DNA of 64,000 nt. Origin: Azolla caroliniana (Eukaryota > Plantae > Polypodiophyta). How positions within the stretch are numbered: the stretch's first letter is position 1; the number at the start of each line of letters is the position of its first letter. Below, in pieces: positions 37,601-51,924 of this stretch. The notes under the pieces were generated by a model. That model did no database searches and had not been told where the DNA came from. It worked only from the letters and a program-made list of their open reading frames with translations. Both the position numbers and the translations under genes were made by a program. The DNA lies in assembly GCA_043228905.1 (NCBI GenBank), contig JBHGNT010000006.1:16988001-17052000 (forward strand), in the 5' to 3' direction.

Positions 37601-40047
37601 GTGCGAATTGGATAAGCCCACACCTTTCGAGTCGAATCGTCAATAAAACTGACGAAGTAAGAGGCACCACCGAGAGACTGATGCGGCATTGGGCCACAGA
37701 CGTCCGAGTGGACTAAATCGAGAGGTCTCGTTTCTCTTGGTGCTGATGTCGGGTGTGATGCGGCTGCTTGTTTGCCATACTGGCAATGTTCGCAGAATTG
37801 ATGGTCCGAGAAGGAGAGTTTCGGGATGTATCCGGCTCTAGATAGGTGCGTAATGCCGACCTTGCTGAGGTGTCCTAATCTTCTGTGCCATAGTGATGAC
37901 ACAGGAATATCCACCAAAAACAGGTTACCCTCTCTGAGCGTAACATGTAACGGATACAGTGAGTGTATCTTGGGTCCTCTAGCAAGCAGGAGGTTCCCCC
38001 TGTGGAGTGTCCACCCTCCCGAAGAAAAACCGGCACGAATGCCGTCTTCATCTAGTTGTCCGACTGAGATCAATGGCCTTGAGAGCTCGGGTACATGTCG
38101 AACATTGTGAAGTACAAGTGTAGAGCCACCTGCAAGGTTGAGCTCTACTGTGCCGATTCCAATGATGTCACAGTGTTGCGAGTTGCCGACTCGAACTGAG
38201 TCGGAGTGACGGATCGTATATTGCCGAAATTGGGATCGATGAGGAGTCACGTGAAATGACGCGCCCGAATCTAAGAGCCATGTGCTCGATTCTTCAGTCG
38301 TGAGCAGAACATCTGATCCGACTGGATTTTCGATTGATAGTATATTCGGGTCGTTTGGTAGCACATCAGCTGAGAAGCTGACGTAATTGATCTCCTCATG
38401 CCGGCCACTCTTCTTGTCTGATTTCTGAGACTTGTCGTTCTTGTTCTTGAGTGCGCGGCAGTCGGCTTTGATGTGTCCGGGTTTCTTGCAATAGTTGCAG
38501 ATTCGATTATCCCGAGACTGGCTCCGTCTTCGCTGATTGTTCGGCTGCCGTGAGGAATCTCTTCCTCGTATGTTCGATCGGTCTGTCGAACCTTGTACTA
38601 CATAAGCGTCGTCTGTTGAGTCTTTGGCGAAAGACTTTCTCCGAGCTGCTTCGGTCAGAATTGCGCTCGTGACTTCGGAGTATTTAACAGCCGTGGTTGA
38701 CGCGTTGCACACGGTTGTGACGAAAGTTTCCCATGATGAGGGAAGGCTGCTCATGAGTATCATTGCTCTGAGTTCATCCTCGATTGCCGTCCCCTGAGAT
38801 GAGATTTGGGAGCTTATGCTTTCGTACTCATTGAGATGTGCTTGAACCGAATCTGATTCTTTCATCCTCAAGTTGTAGAGGCGCCGGATCAGGAACATCT
38901 TCGTTGCAGCGACCTTCTTTTCGTAGGTGTCCGACAGTGTTTTCCACAGTTCGAATGCTGTCGTACACGATTGCACCGTAAAGTATACTGATTCCGATAG
39001 GTGCATCCGAATCGTGGCGCGGACGATTCTGTCCAGCTTCTGCCACTCAATTGGTTTGTATTCTTCTGGAGGTGCTTCACTTTCGATGGGATCGATTTGC
39101 CCCTTGACTATGAGATAGTCCTGCATTTGCTCCTTCCAGAAGTTGAAGTTCGATCCATCGAACTTTCGTAGACTCATTTCTGACGAGCCGGATGTTGATG
39201 TCCTGACTCTGCCCTAAGTCGGCTACGAACTTTGGTGAAGTGCAGCGGTTTGGCCCACTCAGTGTCGTTCTAGCCGAAGTTGGACACAAGTGATGTTGAT
39301 TACGGAGAATCGGGGATTTGGTTCGGATTGACTACCGACAACTGTCTTAGTCGAGTTGAACCTAGATTTAGCGATCCGACAGTACTTCAAGCCGATTCGG
39401 TTTCGGTTGACTGCAACGGTGAGAGCAATGGAACCGACTGGTCCTTCCGATTATTGTCCAATCGAATGAAACGCGAACTGGGGTTGTCCTTGAAGTCGTC
39501 GTTGTGCAGGAAGCCCACCTCAAGCAGTTACGATCAAGGAAGTAGAGTACAGCCGACTGGCTTACTCCGAGTGATGATCTAACGCAGCGAGATTCAAGCT
39601 TGTGTTTGCCTACTTTCTTCTCTGTTTCTTCAAATGACGCGAGAAACCGAATGCTTTGCAGACTAGGATGAAGCGAAAGGCCGAATACTGTGCAGGCTGT
39701 GATGACGGCCGATAGCGGGTTGAGGGACCAGGCTCTGATACCATATGTAGAAGACAAGGCCGTCAATGCGGAAGATCAAGTAGCATTCGATTGGGGTTGA
39801 GTACCTGCGTATGACAGTTTCCAAGATCGTGCACAGAGATAGAGAGAGAGAGAGAGAGGAGGCACACAAGACTCTTTCTATTCAATAGAAACAATAATAC
39901 AACCAACCTTACAAAAAGGTTATTAGGTCACTTTATATAGTGACCGACTTAGGGCAACTACCATTTATGGTAATTACACAAATGGCCCAAACTTGAGCTA
40001 TACAAAGGGATAGTGTGAATACGTCCATTATACACTTGTATTCGACA
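34673..40047 (-). mobile_element. Young full-length Ty1/copia element J (Tork-like), inserted in the RNase H of L
   Basis: LTRs 34673-34978 and 39746-40047 (one substitution seen plus GA length); perfect TSD GATAA; PBS rc 39732-39743; PPT rc 34979-34985. Confidence 0.96.
35173..39177 (-). pseudogene. J gag-pol polyprotein, one frame with two internal stops (TGA 36526, TAG 35539)
   Basis: Three co-framed ORFs; CNYCKKPGHIKADC, WLLDSGAS, DDE integrase, YVDDML, RNase H. Confidence 0.95.
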
Positions 40048-42759
40048 GATAATGCCTCCATGTTTTAAGTGCATGTATTACTGCAAACAACTCTTTCTCT
40101 TGAACTGAATACCGAGATTGAGCAGCATCAAGCTTCTTACTTTCGAAAGCAATAGGGTGACCACCTTGATAAAGAACGACACCAATAGCATAATCACTAG
40201 CATCGGTTTCAATTGAGTAAGGCTTAGAAGGGTCCAGTAATAGAAAAGTGGGAGCTAGACACACATGCTCTTTGAGTGTCTCAAATGATTTGTCAAGTTG
40301 TTCATTCCATGCAATTGGTTTGACAGACTTACGTGAATGACCTTTTAAAAGGTCAGTTAATGGCGTCATCAATTTGGAATAGTTACGAATTGATTTTCGT
40401 AAAACTCCAACAAACCCTAAGAATGATCGCAGTTCACGAATATTACGAGGAATGGGCCAAACTTTAACCTTTTCAATATTAGAAGGTTCAATTTCAACAC
40501 CATTTTCCGTAATTAAATGACCTAGGTACACCATAGATTTTTGGAAAAAATCACATTTTAAATGTTTTGCATAGAAAGAGTTGTCACGCAACTTTTGCAA
40601 AACAAATCGAACATGCTGAACATGATCTTGCAAGGTACGACCATATATCAAAATATCATCCAAGAAGACGACAACAAAATCACCGAGTTGATCTCGGAAA
40701 ATGTCATTCATTGCTTGTTGGAATGTGGTTGGAGCATTAGTCAACCCGAAAGGCATGACTAAAAACTCATAATGGCCATAGTGCGTACGAAAAGCAGTTT
40801 TAGGAATATCATCCTTGGCAATGCAAGTCTGATGATAACCTATCCGTAAGTCAATTTTCCTAAAATATCGTGCCCCATGTAAATGATCAATCAAATCATC
40901 GGCACGAGGTAACGAATATGCATTTTTAATTGTCATTTTATTCAAACAGCGATAATTGATACACATTTGCCATGAACCTTCCTTCTTCTTAACTAATAGA
41001 ACTGGCGCACCCCAAGGTGATTTAATATACCTAATGTGGCCCATACTCAAGTATTCCTTAAGTTGTATAGCGATCTCATCCTCTTCTAATCGACTAAGTC
41101 AGTAAGGTGGAGTGCTCATAGGAGCAGCACCAGGAATGAGTTCAATTTGATGGTCCACATTACGTTTTGGTGGTAAAGTAAGTGGCAAGTCGTTAGGAAA
41201 CACGTCTTGAAAATCATCTAAAATAGAGTCGAGTAATCGTTGTTCATAATGTGGTAATTGTGTGGCGTCAATATTAAAATAATAAAATTGAAGCACAGGA
41301 TCAATTACACACGAATAAATTAATGAACTTGAATACTCACTTAAAGATTTAGAAGACACAAGTGAGCGAGAAGGAAGTTTGGAACATTGAATAAAATTTT
41401 TACCATTATTAAGTTCAAATGTGATTGAGTGATTAACCCAATCAATGGACAAAGAAGGGTTTTTATTAAAAAACCAAGGGTATCCTAAAATGACATCTGC
41501 GGATTGTAGTTTCATAACATGAAAGTCAAGCTTCTCCAAATAGGTATCTATTTCAATTGGCAGTTGACAAACAATGCCACTGATGTATTGAACACTTCCA
41601 TTTGCCATGTGAACTAGATAGATATGATCACTTGCGTTTATGTGGAGTTCCATTTGCTGCACAAAGTGATTATTAAGAAAATTGTGAGAACTATCAGAAT
41701 CAAACAAGAAATGTGCTTGTGTTCCATTGATATACCCGACTGCTCGGAGTAAATCATTAGGTCCAACTAAATGTGAAGGAAAAGTGCATTCACATGAACT
41801 TAAGTGGTTGGTATGAACTTTAACAACATCAAAAGACTCACCTGTGTGACTCGTAGATTTGTCTTGAGAAGGGGTGTTCATTGACTTCCTCTCAAGACAA
41901 TGACAAGTATCCTTTGTGTGGCCCCGTTTCTTGCAATATGTATAGAAGAGGTTAGGTTTCTTGGAGTCGAGGTCAAGAGTGTCATTGGATTGCTTACTTT
42001 TCCCAATGAACTTGACATTCGGAGTTATGGCGAACTCAGGTTTATTGTGGTCTTTCTTGGAAGTCCTATGGTACCGAAGAACAATGTTGACGGCTTCCTC
42101 AAAAGTTGTGGGGTCCTTGTCATGGACAATCAAATGGTAATCCCCATTTGGAATACCATTCAAAAAGCAAGCAACAAACCATTTCTCACCCATAAATCCC
42201 GTTTTTGGATCTTGGTCCGAGCATGATGCACTTGTTCCTCGAGAGAGGTAAATGGCTTACTCGACAACGTGAGCAAGTGTTGCGCTTGTTCAGTTTGAGA
42301 AGGTGACTACAAAAACTGTTTCTTAAAAACATCCACGAAACTATCCCAAGTTGTGGGTAAGTTCTTTGTAGTTCTTAGATCGCGCCACCAAGCAACAACT
42401 CGACCACCTAACTCACGACCGACGTAACCAATTTTTACAGCATCAGGCTTGGGGTGGAGCTCAAAGTGAGACTCCCAACAACTAAGACAAGTGCTAATGG
42501 CCTCCTCGGTTCTTTCTTTCTTATCTCCCTTGAATGGCGTTACTACGAAAGAAGGCTCACCTTCTTTCTTGGACTCAATAGTCAATTCTTGGAATTTCTT
42601 TTCCAATGCCATATTGTCCTGCCTCATTTCGGCCAATTGATTCAAGGCAGTAGTGAGCAATTGCTCAATAGTGATCTGACCTTGTGTGCGAGATGCGGAT
42701 TGGAGTTGAGAGGTCTTGGTCGGAGAGATTGCTCCAATAGCGTTCAAAACTTGTTCCAT
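40048..42759 (-). pseudogene. L gag, protease, RT and RNase H
   Basis: YCKKRGHTKDTC, FLFDSDSSHNF, VMPFGLTNAP, FLDDILI, IETDASDYAIG. Confidence 0.92.
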
Positions 42760-45700
42760 GATGCAAGCTGTGGGTATTCAATATAAATAAGGAGGTTCAA
42801 AAAATACACAAGCAAAATGAATGCTTGAAATTTTGATTGTAAGAATTTTACCAAGAAAGCATCTCACGTCTTTACCCCTCTAGACATATGAGATGTGATT
42901 CGAGATCCAATAACTATGGTAACACTATGGTGTTTTAAAAACCATGGGGGAAAACATAGCTAAGATGTCTTTCTCGGATCTCTATCTTGAATAATCATGG
43001 CGGCTCCCCGAGGCTCAACCATGGTTCTAACATCAACGTAGTTTCCTAGTTAGCCTTATATTAGAATGCCAACCCAACATGTATTGATATGGTCGAGAAA
43101 GTGTATTACGTGAAAAAACAAGTGCACTCGCAAGTAATATTCTAGCCTTGCGAGTAACAAGCAAATGTTATTACAAAAACGATAAAATAAGGCAGTACCC
43201 ATACGAATCAAGCAGTGACGAAAAAAAGGGTCAAAAAACCCATGTGTTACCTACTTAAAATATGGATGGTGCGAGGTATTCACAAATAAATGGATGGTGC
43301 GAGGTATTCACATATACATCCAAATATGGTTGTTGTAATTTGCACAATTGTGACATAAGCCACAAATTGATACAAATGGTGGTGGTATTGTGTGCAAAGT
43401 TGTAGTACTCAAATTTATGAGTGTTAAGGATTAGGTAATTAATTAAGGAATAATTATTACCTAATTATGTGATTAAGTTAAGTGATTACGTAGCGGAAGA
43501 TTAAGTGATATGTGTGTGAGAGGAAGAGAGAGAGAAGTACACTTATGAACACCAAAAGATGGGGGATGAGTAAACTAGAGTGTATATTATAAAACATCAT
43601 CAAATACAAAAATACCTTCAATGAGGTATATATAGGTTTCATGTGCAAGGGTGCACATGTGCTAGGAGAATATAGGTACAACGTGTAAGTCCTATATTAA
43701 ATGAGCATGGAATGATGGATCTACAATGTATCCCACTCAAGCACAAAATCCTATTTAAGTCTTTATGGTCAACACACTAACTAGATTCTATCTAGGTAAC
43801 TACTAAGTTACATGTGTTGACTAACTAACTAAACTAAGTTGAGCTTGATCTCTCAACACACCCCCTCCAGCTCCAATGTGAGGCGTCCAACATTTGGCGT
43901 TGTTTTCGGCGTTGTCCGGCTTTCGATCTCGGCTTCTGTGCGGCTTCCGTCCGGCCTTCGGCTTTCTTCGTCGTGGCAATCTCGGGTCCTCCCCCTTAAT
44001 CCGGTCACGAAGTCTTGTAGTGTGTGGGTGAAGGCCGACTACTTCCACACCCATCGTAGGTGACGAGCCGCTTTGGTGGAGCTCTTGGGCTCTTGTTCCG
44101 CCGCTACCTTCATCGTGAAGGCATAGTGATGGGCCATATACTCGTTGTAGCTGAGCTGTGTGACAGGGTTCTTAGCTCTAGATGAGGGTCGAAGTTTTTC
44201 ACTCGCCAATGTGAGCACCTTCTTTACTCTGGGTGTCCGCATGATGGGTACACCAAACTCACTATCTAGTGAGGGATCCAATCCATCCGAATCATTGTCG
44301 TCGGGGTGGTCGACTTCGTATTCGGGCATCTTACCTTTGCCTTTGTCCAAGTTTGTACTTGGCCACGACGTGCTTGGGTCGCGTGGGGGCTCTTGTGGCC
44401 CACTAGGCGTTGCCGTAATCGGGCTTTCTTCAAACATGTGTTCAAAGCGATCTCCATCTTCTACCTCTTGTTCGGCGGATTCTGAGTCTAGCAGAGTCGG
44501 AGTTGAAGTTGCCTCTGGTGCGTACCACGATGCGGACTTGTCGAAGACTACGTCTCGACTTACCTGAACCACTCGGGGAGAAGGGTTGTAGCACTTGTAT
44601 GCTTTCTTCTCGGACGAGTATACCATGAGGATACATTCCTCCGACTTCGCGTCGGGCATCTGTCGTTGTTCATTCGGGATGCGTACATTCGCAATGCTTC
44701 CGAACACTTTGAGGTGTGATAGGATCGGCTTCCTTCTGACTAGGAGCTTGTATTGAGTTAGCTCATGCACTCCATTAGTGGTGCACTGGTTCATGAGATA
44801 GACGGCCGTGGATGCCGCTTCGGCCCAATAGAAATTCGGCATGTGGTTCTCATGCATCATGGCGCGTGCTACCTCAAGTATTTGCCGATTTTTCCTTTCG
44901 GCGACTCCATTTTGTTGGGGTGTGTGTCGGCATGAGAATTCTTTTCGAATGCCTTCACTTTGGAGGTAGGAGGTGAATTCGTTGGAGAAGTACTCCTTTC
45001 CTCCATCGGATTGTAGGCATCGAATGTGCCGAACGATTTCTTTTTCGAGTTGACGCTTGAGCGTTTGGAAGTGGGAGAGCATTTCGCTTTTCTTCTTCAT
45101 CGGGTAGCACGAGTAGTCGTCAATGAAGGTTACGTAGTATCGGCATCCGCCGATCTTCGGCATTTGAGTTGGTCCCCATACATCCGAGTGTATGACGTCG
45201 AGGAGGCCTTTGCTTGCATAGCTCTCCTTCGGGAATGGGAGTCAATGTTGTTTGCCGAGTTGACAGGCTTTCCATACTTGGTCGACTCGTTTCGATTTGA
45301 ATGTCGGAAGTTCGATGACGACTGCCTTGGTTTGCATCACTCGAAGCCGTTGGAGGTTTATGTGGCCGATTCTCTTGTGCCACAACTCGATGCTTGTCTC
45401 GGTTTTGAGACCTTTGGCGTACATTGCCGATTTCACCTCGTTCAAATCAACAATGAACATTTGGCCGTCTCTCCGCCCTTTACCTATGAGTCGGCCATCT
45501 TTCTCAATTAAACAACCTTCGTTGTTGAAGCGGACTTGCATGCTTTGCTCCACAATTTGGTCGACCGAGATCAAATTCTTCGTTATTGTGGGCGCATTGT
45601 CGTGAATAAAATCGTCCCCAGGCGCAAACTGTGTATGGTGTGTGTGAATCGGCCCTTACACGTGGGCACGCCCCTTGTTGTATAGTGGATAAGTAGACAC

Positions 45701-46284
45701 AAAGGTCAAATCCTAGGTAGCAATATTCTATAGGGGAAATCGACGAGTATCTCTGTCCGAAAGGACAGAGAATTAATGTGATGTAAACGGCTGAAACGGC
45801 CTCCCTCCTTTAGCTATAAAAGAGAGGGAGACGGGGAGAGAAGGGATCGCGCGCTAGAGCGGACGAAGTGCTGTCGGACTGGGACCGAGCTCTTCTTCTC
45901 TGTCGTTCTCCATAGCTTTCTTTTGCGTAGGTTCTCAGGAGGCTGATCCTGCTCCGTGGAACGCCCGTGTGCTTCCGGCAGAATCTCCATTTTGCTCTCC
46001 TGTGTGCGTGGGTGATCAGGCGCCGACATCCATCTCGCCGACTTGATCGGCTGTAACCGTACAAATACATACACATATTTATATACATACACTAGCGTTC
46101 TCAACTCGTGTCTCCTGTGTTGTTGGGCCGCGTCCCCATGCGCTTCTTTGCCTATACGTGTGTGAGCGTCTCTCGCTCTCTCGCTCTCTCTCTCTCTCTC
46201 TCCCTCTTCTCACCTATTCCTCAGTCCAAGACCCCAGTGGTCCCGCCTTGTTCTCCACGCACGCGCATACCAACGCGACATATT

Positions 46285-46302
46285 TGGTGAACCCGACGTG
46301 AA
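46285..46302 (+). promoter_or_regulatory. PBS of K, complementary to the 3' end of tRNA-Trp
   Basis: TGGTGAACCCGACGTGAA is the reverse complement of the plant cytosolic tRNA-Trp 3' end as I recall it (...TTCACGTCGGGTTCACCA). Confidence 0.85.
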
Positions 46303-46323
46303 GAGGCGGCTGAGGAGTAGAGG

Positions 46324-49300
46324 ATGAGGGGGTCAGACCTTGCAGAAGCCATGGCTTCGGCTGTGGACCGTATAGTGAGTGCGCGCGAAGGCACCGGCGC
46401 CCTTGATAGGGCTATCGAGGCGGTTGTCGGTACGATCGGCCGGTTTAGTGGGAAGGATGCCACGAGCTACTTGGCGTCCAACCGGGCTGAGATGGTAATG
46501 AGGGACATTCCGTAAGAGAGGCGTGTAGCCGGATTCCCTCGAGTGGTGATGCCGGGTATCCATACAGAGGTGCTCGAGGTACGGGCCGAGAGCCGGACCT
46601 GGAGGAGTTTGAAGGTCGGCTCCTCAAAAAATATGGGCTTGAAGATGCGCTTCGACTTTAGAAGCGGGACTTCATGGAGTGGGTGGAGACCCCCGACAAA
46701 GGAAGGAACGTGTTGGTGCTCCTCCGGGAGTTTGAGGAACGCTTCGCGCGCCTCTCGGTGCTTGACCGGACCGTTCTGGACACAAGCCGTGTCCTATTGT
46801 TTGTTAAGTCAGTTGATGAGCAGGATCAGGAGCAGGTAGGCCTCCTATTGGAGACTGATGACGGGTTGACGGCCGACTAGGCCGTGGTGAAAAGGGTCTG
46901 TGGCCGTTTCGACCAATGATGGGAATGGGTTGACAAAGGATTGACAGGGGCGGGCTCTGTCACAGCCAGGAAGCTCGAGCCAACGCCACCAACGCGAAGG
47001 GAAGAGACCCGAGATTGGCTCGAGATCGGATCGGCTTGGACCGGCATGGTCAAGGGCTTGTCCGGGGGAGCAGCTCTGGAGGAACTGACGCGGATGGTAA
47101 AGGATCTCCAGATCGCCCAGGCACGGAGGGACGGTAGTGAACAGGGCTGTGACCGACGACCTCTGGCTGGAAATAGGTGCATGTGGTGTGACGTGGTTGG
47201 CCACATCCAGAAGGACTGCGGGGACTTCACCGAGGCGATGAGAAGCAACGTGGTGTACCTGTGGAACGGTCGGGTGCACGCCAGCAAAACCCAAAGGCCC
47301 CTGGACCTGAACGTCGGGCAAGGGGGTATGAAAAGGCTGATGGAGGAGGCAGCGGCTAGTCACGCGGAGACCGTCCACTACTCGGCGTCAGCTGGTATTC
47401 GGGTCGGAGGTGGCGAGGCCTTGAAGATGACCAAAGCCGGGTTCTGGCCAACGATGCTAGAAGGCCTCGCCGGCACACGACTAAGGAAAGAAGAGGCGGA
47501 CCGCGCGGAAAAACGGGTCCTGGAGGTGACCGGGTGGAGTGACCCAGTGGAAGAAAAGACGGGCTTCGTCGAAGCCGCTTGTCAAAACTACGAGGCTCTG
47601 GTGGAGGACAAGCGGGTAGGGAAAACCGGAGGGGCCGGGCCCTCACAACGATATGAAACTCGATTCGGGCAAAGACGAAATGAGGCCGGTGTAACCGGCG
47701 CCCAGGATAATCCCAAGAGGGGCGGGTACCTGCTGGGCACAGAAATCGAAAGATCCACAGACCTGCGAAAGGTCCTGGAAGAACGAATCCTCGACAGCAA
47801 GGTGGAACTATCGCTGAGGGAAGTGCTCGGGATCGCCAAGAAGGAGTTCCACGACTCCATCGTAGACTTGGTGAAGAGGAAGAGGCTGTCGACGGAGACA
47901 GAACCAGAGAAGCTGGTGGAGGTGCGGACGACGCACATAGAGGACATGGCGCTGGAAGACGAGTTGGCGGAGAGCCACTATTCGCGGCCGCACTGGGCCA
48001 GAGCGACCACGGAGACCCCCGTGAAGATCGGAGATGTTTATGAACCAGTGGTGGCGTTGGTGGACCACGGTTCAGAAATAAATTTGATGTCCATGGACTT
48101 CTATAAGAAAGGGAAATGGCCGATCAACACCAAGCACGGGTGGAAAATACGGGCAGCGATGCGTGCCACCGAAGAACTGCATGGAGTCTGCCCGAATGTA
48201 CGAGTAAAGATCGGCGATGTCGAGATTGACCAACACTTCTTCGTGCAGGAGACGTCCTCACATCCGGTTATACTAGGAGAACCGTACATCACGGCAGCAT
48301 GGATGGAGACCAAGGTGTTGGACAATGGCTCGGCCTATGCAAGGGTCAAGAGCCATGATGGGCGTCACTCGGTCCAGTTCCTGACGGTGAGACCGAACCA
48401 TGAGCGGAACCGCGAGACCCTTGGGGGCGAAAGCCGAGAGGATTTTAAGAGAGGGCTATCAAGGCGTGGGGCCGCGATAGTCCGGACACTCCGGGAAAAC
48501 CCCACAAGTGTACGATAGCAAAGAAGACCTGTACTATAAGTAGGAAATTTTGGTTCTCCGACAACGAAGGGTGTATGATAGTCGACGTTGTTGGCCGGAA
48601 GAAGAAAAGGGCGGAGGAGCAACTTCGGGCATGTGGTATCCTCGACCTTGGAGAGGAAATCAACGGAGCCGTGGAGGCGGTCTCTTTCGTCGATACCTTG
48701 GGGGAGCTGCGAGAGGTAGTCAGAGGAGTCCTTAAAGAGGACCGGACGATTCCGGTATGTTCGAAAAGGATGTACGAAGTCATCGCGGACTTCAGTAGAG
48801 GGCTCGAGTCGGATCGGATGGCCCGGGTGGACACGAGGTACAAGACTGTGGACTGGAAGGTGAGGCCAGTCGCGGCTCCCTTGCCGGAGGGCAGCGAGTT
48901 GCAAATAAAGGGGGTTGCGTTAGACCCGAGTTTACGAAATCCGGCCCGCATAGGACACACGTTCACCGACATAACGCTACGTGAGCTCAAAATCGGTGGG
49001 GGCGGCTTCCTACTGCTGGCGGAAGAGGACCATTTTCGGGGAATGCTCGGAAGGCACGGGAAGGCTTTCGCATTCTCACCGGAGGAGATCGGGTGCGTAG
49101 ACCCGATAGTCGTGGAACCGATGGTGATATTCACGGTACCGCATGTGCCGTGGAGTCTCAAACTGATTCCAGTACCCAAAGCTCACATCCCGAAGCTGAT
49201 GGAGCTATTAAAGTAGAAGGTCGAGATGGGAATCCTCGAACCGTCGAGTGCCCCATACTCGAATCGGTGGTTTAACATGCCGAAGAAGGACGGCACGCTG

Positions 49301-51924
49301 CGCTTTATTCAAGACCTGCAGCCGGTCAACAAGGTGACCATTCGAAACGCAGGAATCGGACCGACAATAGACGAGTTCGCGGAGGCCTTCGCCGGAAGGT
49401 CGATTTACTCGGTCGGTGATCTCTACTCGGGGTACGATCAGTTCCATCTAGCCATAGAGAGCAGAGACATCACGACAATGCGAACTCCTCTCGGCCTAGT
49501 ACGGATGTGTACCCTACCACAAGGAGGGACGAACTCGGTGGCTCACATGTTGAACGCAATGAACAAGGTGCTGAGGGATTGTATCCCGAACATCACCATG
49601 ACGATGTCCCGATCAAGGGATGCCCGATGGAGGAAAGGGACGAGACGATCGGACCGGACGGGTGCCAGAAATTCATGGCGACGCACATCGATGACTGGGA
49701 GAAGGTGCTGCAGAGGTTGGAGGGCGCGAGGCTCACCTTCTCCGGGGGAAAATTGGCCTTCGGGCAATCAAAGATCATGGTCGTCGGACACCTATGCGGG
49801 TCGTACGGCCGGAAACCGTCTCCGGCTAAGGTAGAAGCCATCTCCGCGATGAAGGACGACTGTAGCTCGGTCACGGAGGTTCGGAGGTTCTTGGGAGCAT
49901 GCGCGTTCTACCACATTTGGATCCCACATTACGCTCACGTCGCGGAGCCGTTATACGGGTTGCTAAAAAAGGGGCGAAATTTCTAGTGGAGAGACGAGCA
50001 TACAGAGTCTGTCCGAAAGATGAAGGAAGCACTTGCCGCAGCTCCGGCACTCCGAAAGGCTGTCTACGGAAAGGACACTCCAATTTACGTAACGATAGAC
50101 ACGAGTCCGACCGGGATCGGATGGGTCGTCAACCAAGAGGACGAGGACGGCATGCGTTTCCCGATCCGGTTCGGCGCAAAGGTCCTCAGCGAGCGATAGC
50201 GAGGATACGCCCAGGTTAAACGCGAGCTCTGGGGTATCGTTTCGGCGGTAAAGGCCGATAAAGACTACCTGATCGGGGCAGAGGTAATTATCGAGACGGA
50301 CTGCTTGCCAATTCTTGGCATGGTTTCCCGATGCGCGACACCGGACCTGGCAATGCTCAGGTGGATAGCGTACATCAAGTCCCTGAATCCAGAAATATGA
50401 CACATTTCCGGGAAAGACAATGCCATGGCCGACATGCTTTCAAGGGCGAGGTTCGAAAACGAGGGCGGCATGGTTTCGGAGCACGAGGAAGTCGGTGTGG
50501 AATTCTTCAAGGCGGCTCACGTAACAACCGGCAGGGAATGCACTCCAACGCTTAATGATTTTGACAAGAGCAAGTACGACGGGGAGTGGCTGCAGATCGG
50601 CGGGTTCCTAAAAACAATGACATTGGACGCAACATGGACAACGGACGAGGCCAACCAGATTCGGAAGAAAGCCTACCGATTCTTTCTCCGGGACGGGTAC
50701 ATATGGAAGCACCCGAAGAAGAGGAATGGAATCCCGCTCCGAGTGGTGGCGAAGAAGGAGGAACAGGAGGATTTGCTGGCGGCGTACCACGATAGTCCTT
50801 GGGCTGGACACCGTGGAACATGGGCCACGTTCGAAAAGCTAAAAGGGAAGTACTGGTGGCCGGGACTATACCGGGACGTGCATCGGTTCGTGACGACTTG
50901 CGAAAGCTGCCAGGTACACTCCATGATCCGACACCGGGACGAGCTCCACCCGACCTACCCTCCGACCGTCCACTTCAACTGGATGGTGGATTTGGTGATG
51001 ATGCCAATGGGGGTAGGACAAATGCGGTATCTGGTGTTGGCTCGGGAGGATCTAACAAACCAGGTTGAAGGCCGAGCCCTGCAGAACAAGATGACTGCAG
51101 CCATATGCCGGTTTTTTATTGAGGACGTGGTATGCCCATACGGGTGCGTAGGGAAGATCGTGGCTGACCGTGGTGAGTTGGACGCAGAAGAGGCCGAAGA
51201 GCTATTTGACCGGCTAGGAGTCAAACTTTCGCTCACCACAGCGTACAATCCGGAGGCGAACGGGAAGGTGGAGCGCGGACACGGGCCAATTGTCAAAGCG
51301 CTAGTATGGGCGTGCAGAGGCCAAGTCGAGAACTGGCCAAGACTGCTACCTTATGCCTTGTGGGCGGACCGGACTACGCACAGTTTGGTAACCGGGTTCA
51401 TGCCGGCCGAGCTTATGTTTGCACAAAAGCCGATCATGCCAACAGAGCGAACGATCTCCTCGTGGGCCACGGTGGACTGGAGGGATGAGATGAGCCGGGA
51501 GGAACTGTTGGCGGCATGGATTCGACAGCTCGAGCGGAGGCCAGAGGATGTAGAGCGTGCCGCGGAGAAACTTCGGGTAGCGAGGATAAGGAACAAAGCC
51601 CGGTTTGACCGAACACACCGGCTCCGGCCAAGGAAGATCAAGGAAGGCGATTGGGTGCTAGTGTACGACAACAACCTCGACAATCAGCATAGGGCCACGC
51701 AAAAGTTTGTGAGGAGGTGGTTCGGGCCTTACGTAGTAACAGGCGCCAACGGCAATGGGACGTACCATCTCGCGGAGCTCGACGCTACAAGAATGGCGAT
51801 ACCGGTAGCGGGGAAGAGGATCAAAGCGTTCAAGAAACGACACGATGGTGAGCCGGACCTAGGGGGCATGGACAACAACGATGAGCAGCCCGAGGCGGAG
51901 GATGAAACGGTAAACGAGGAATAA
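46324..51924 (+). pseudogene. K gag-pol, with several stops and frameshifts
   Basis: GRFSGKDATSYL gag; CMWCDVVGHIQKDC; ALVDHGSEINLM protease; LPQGGTNS RT with a small deletion just before the DD; TAYNPEANGKVERGH integrase; WFGPYVV. Confidence 0.9.
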
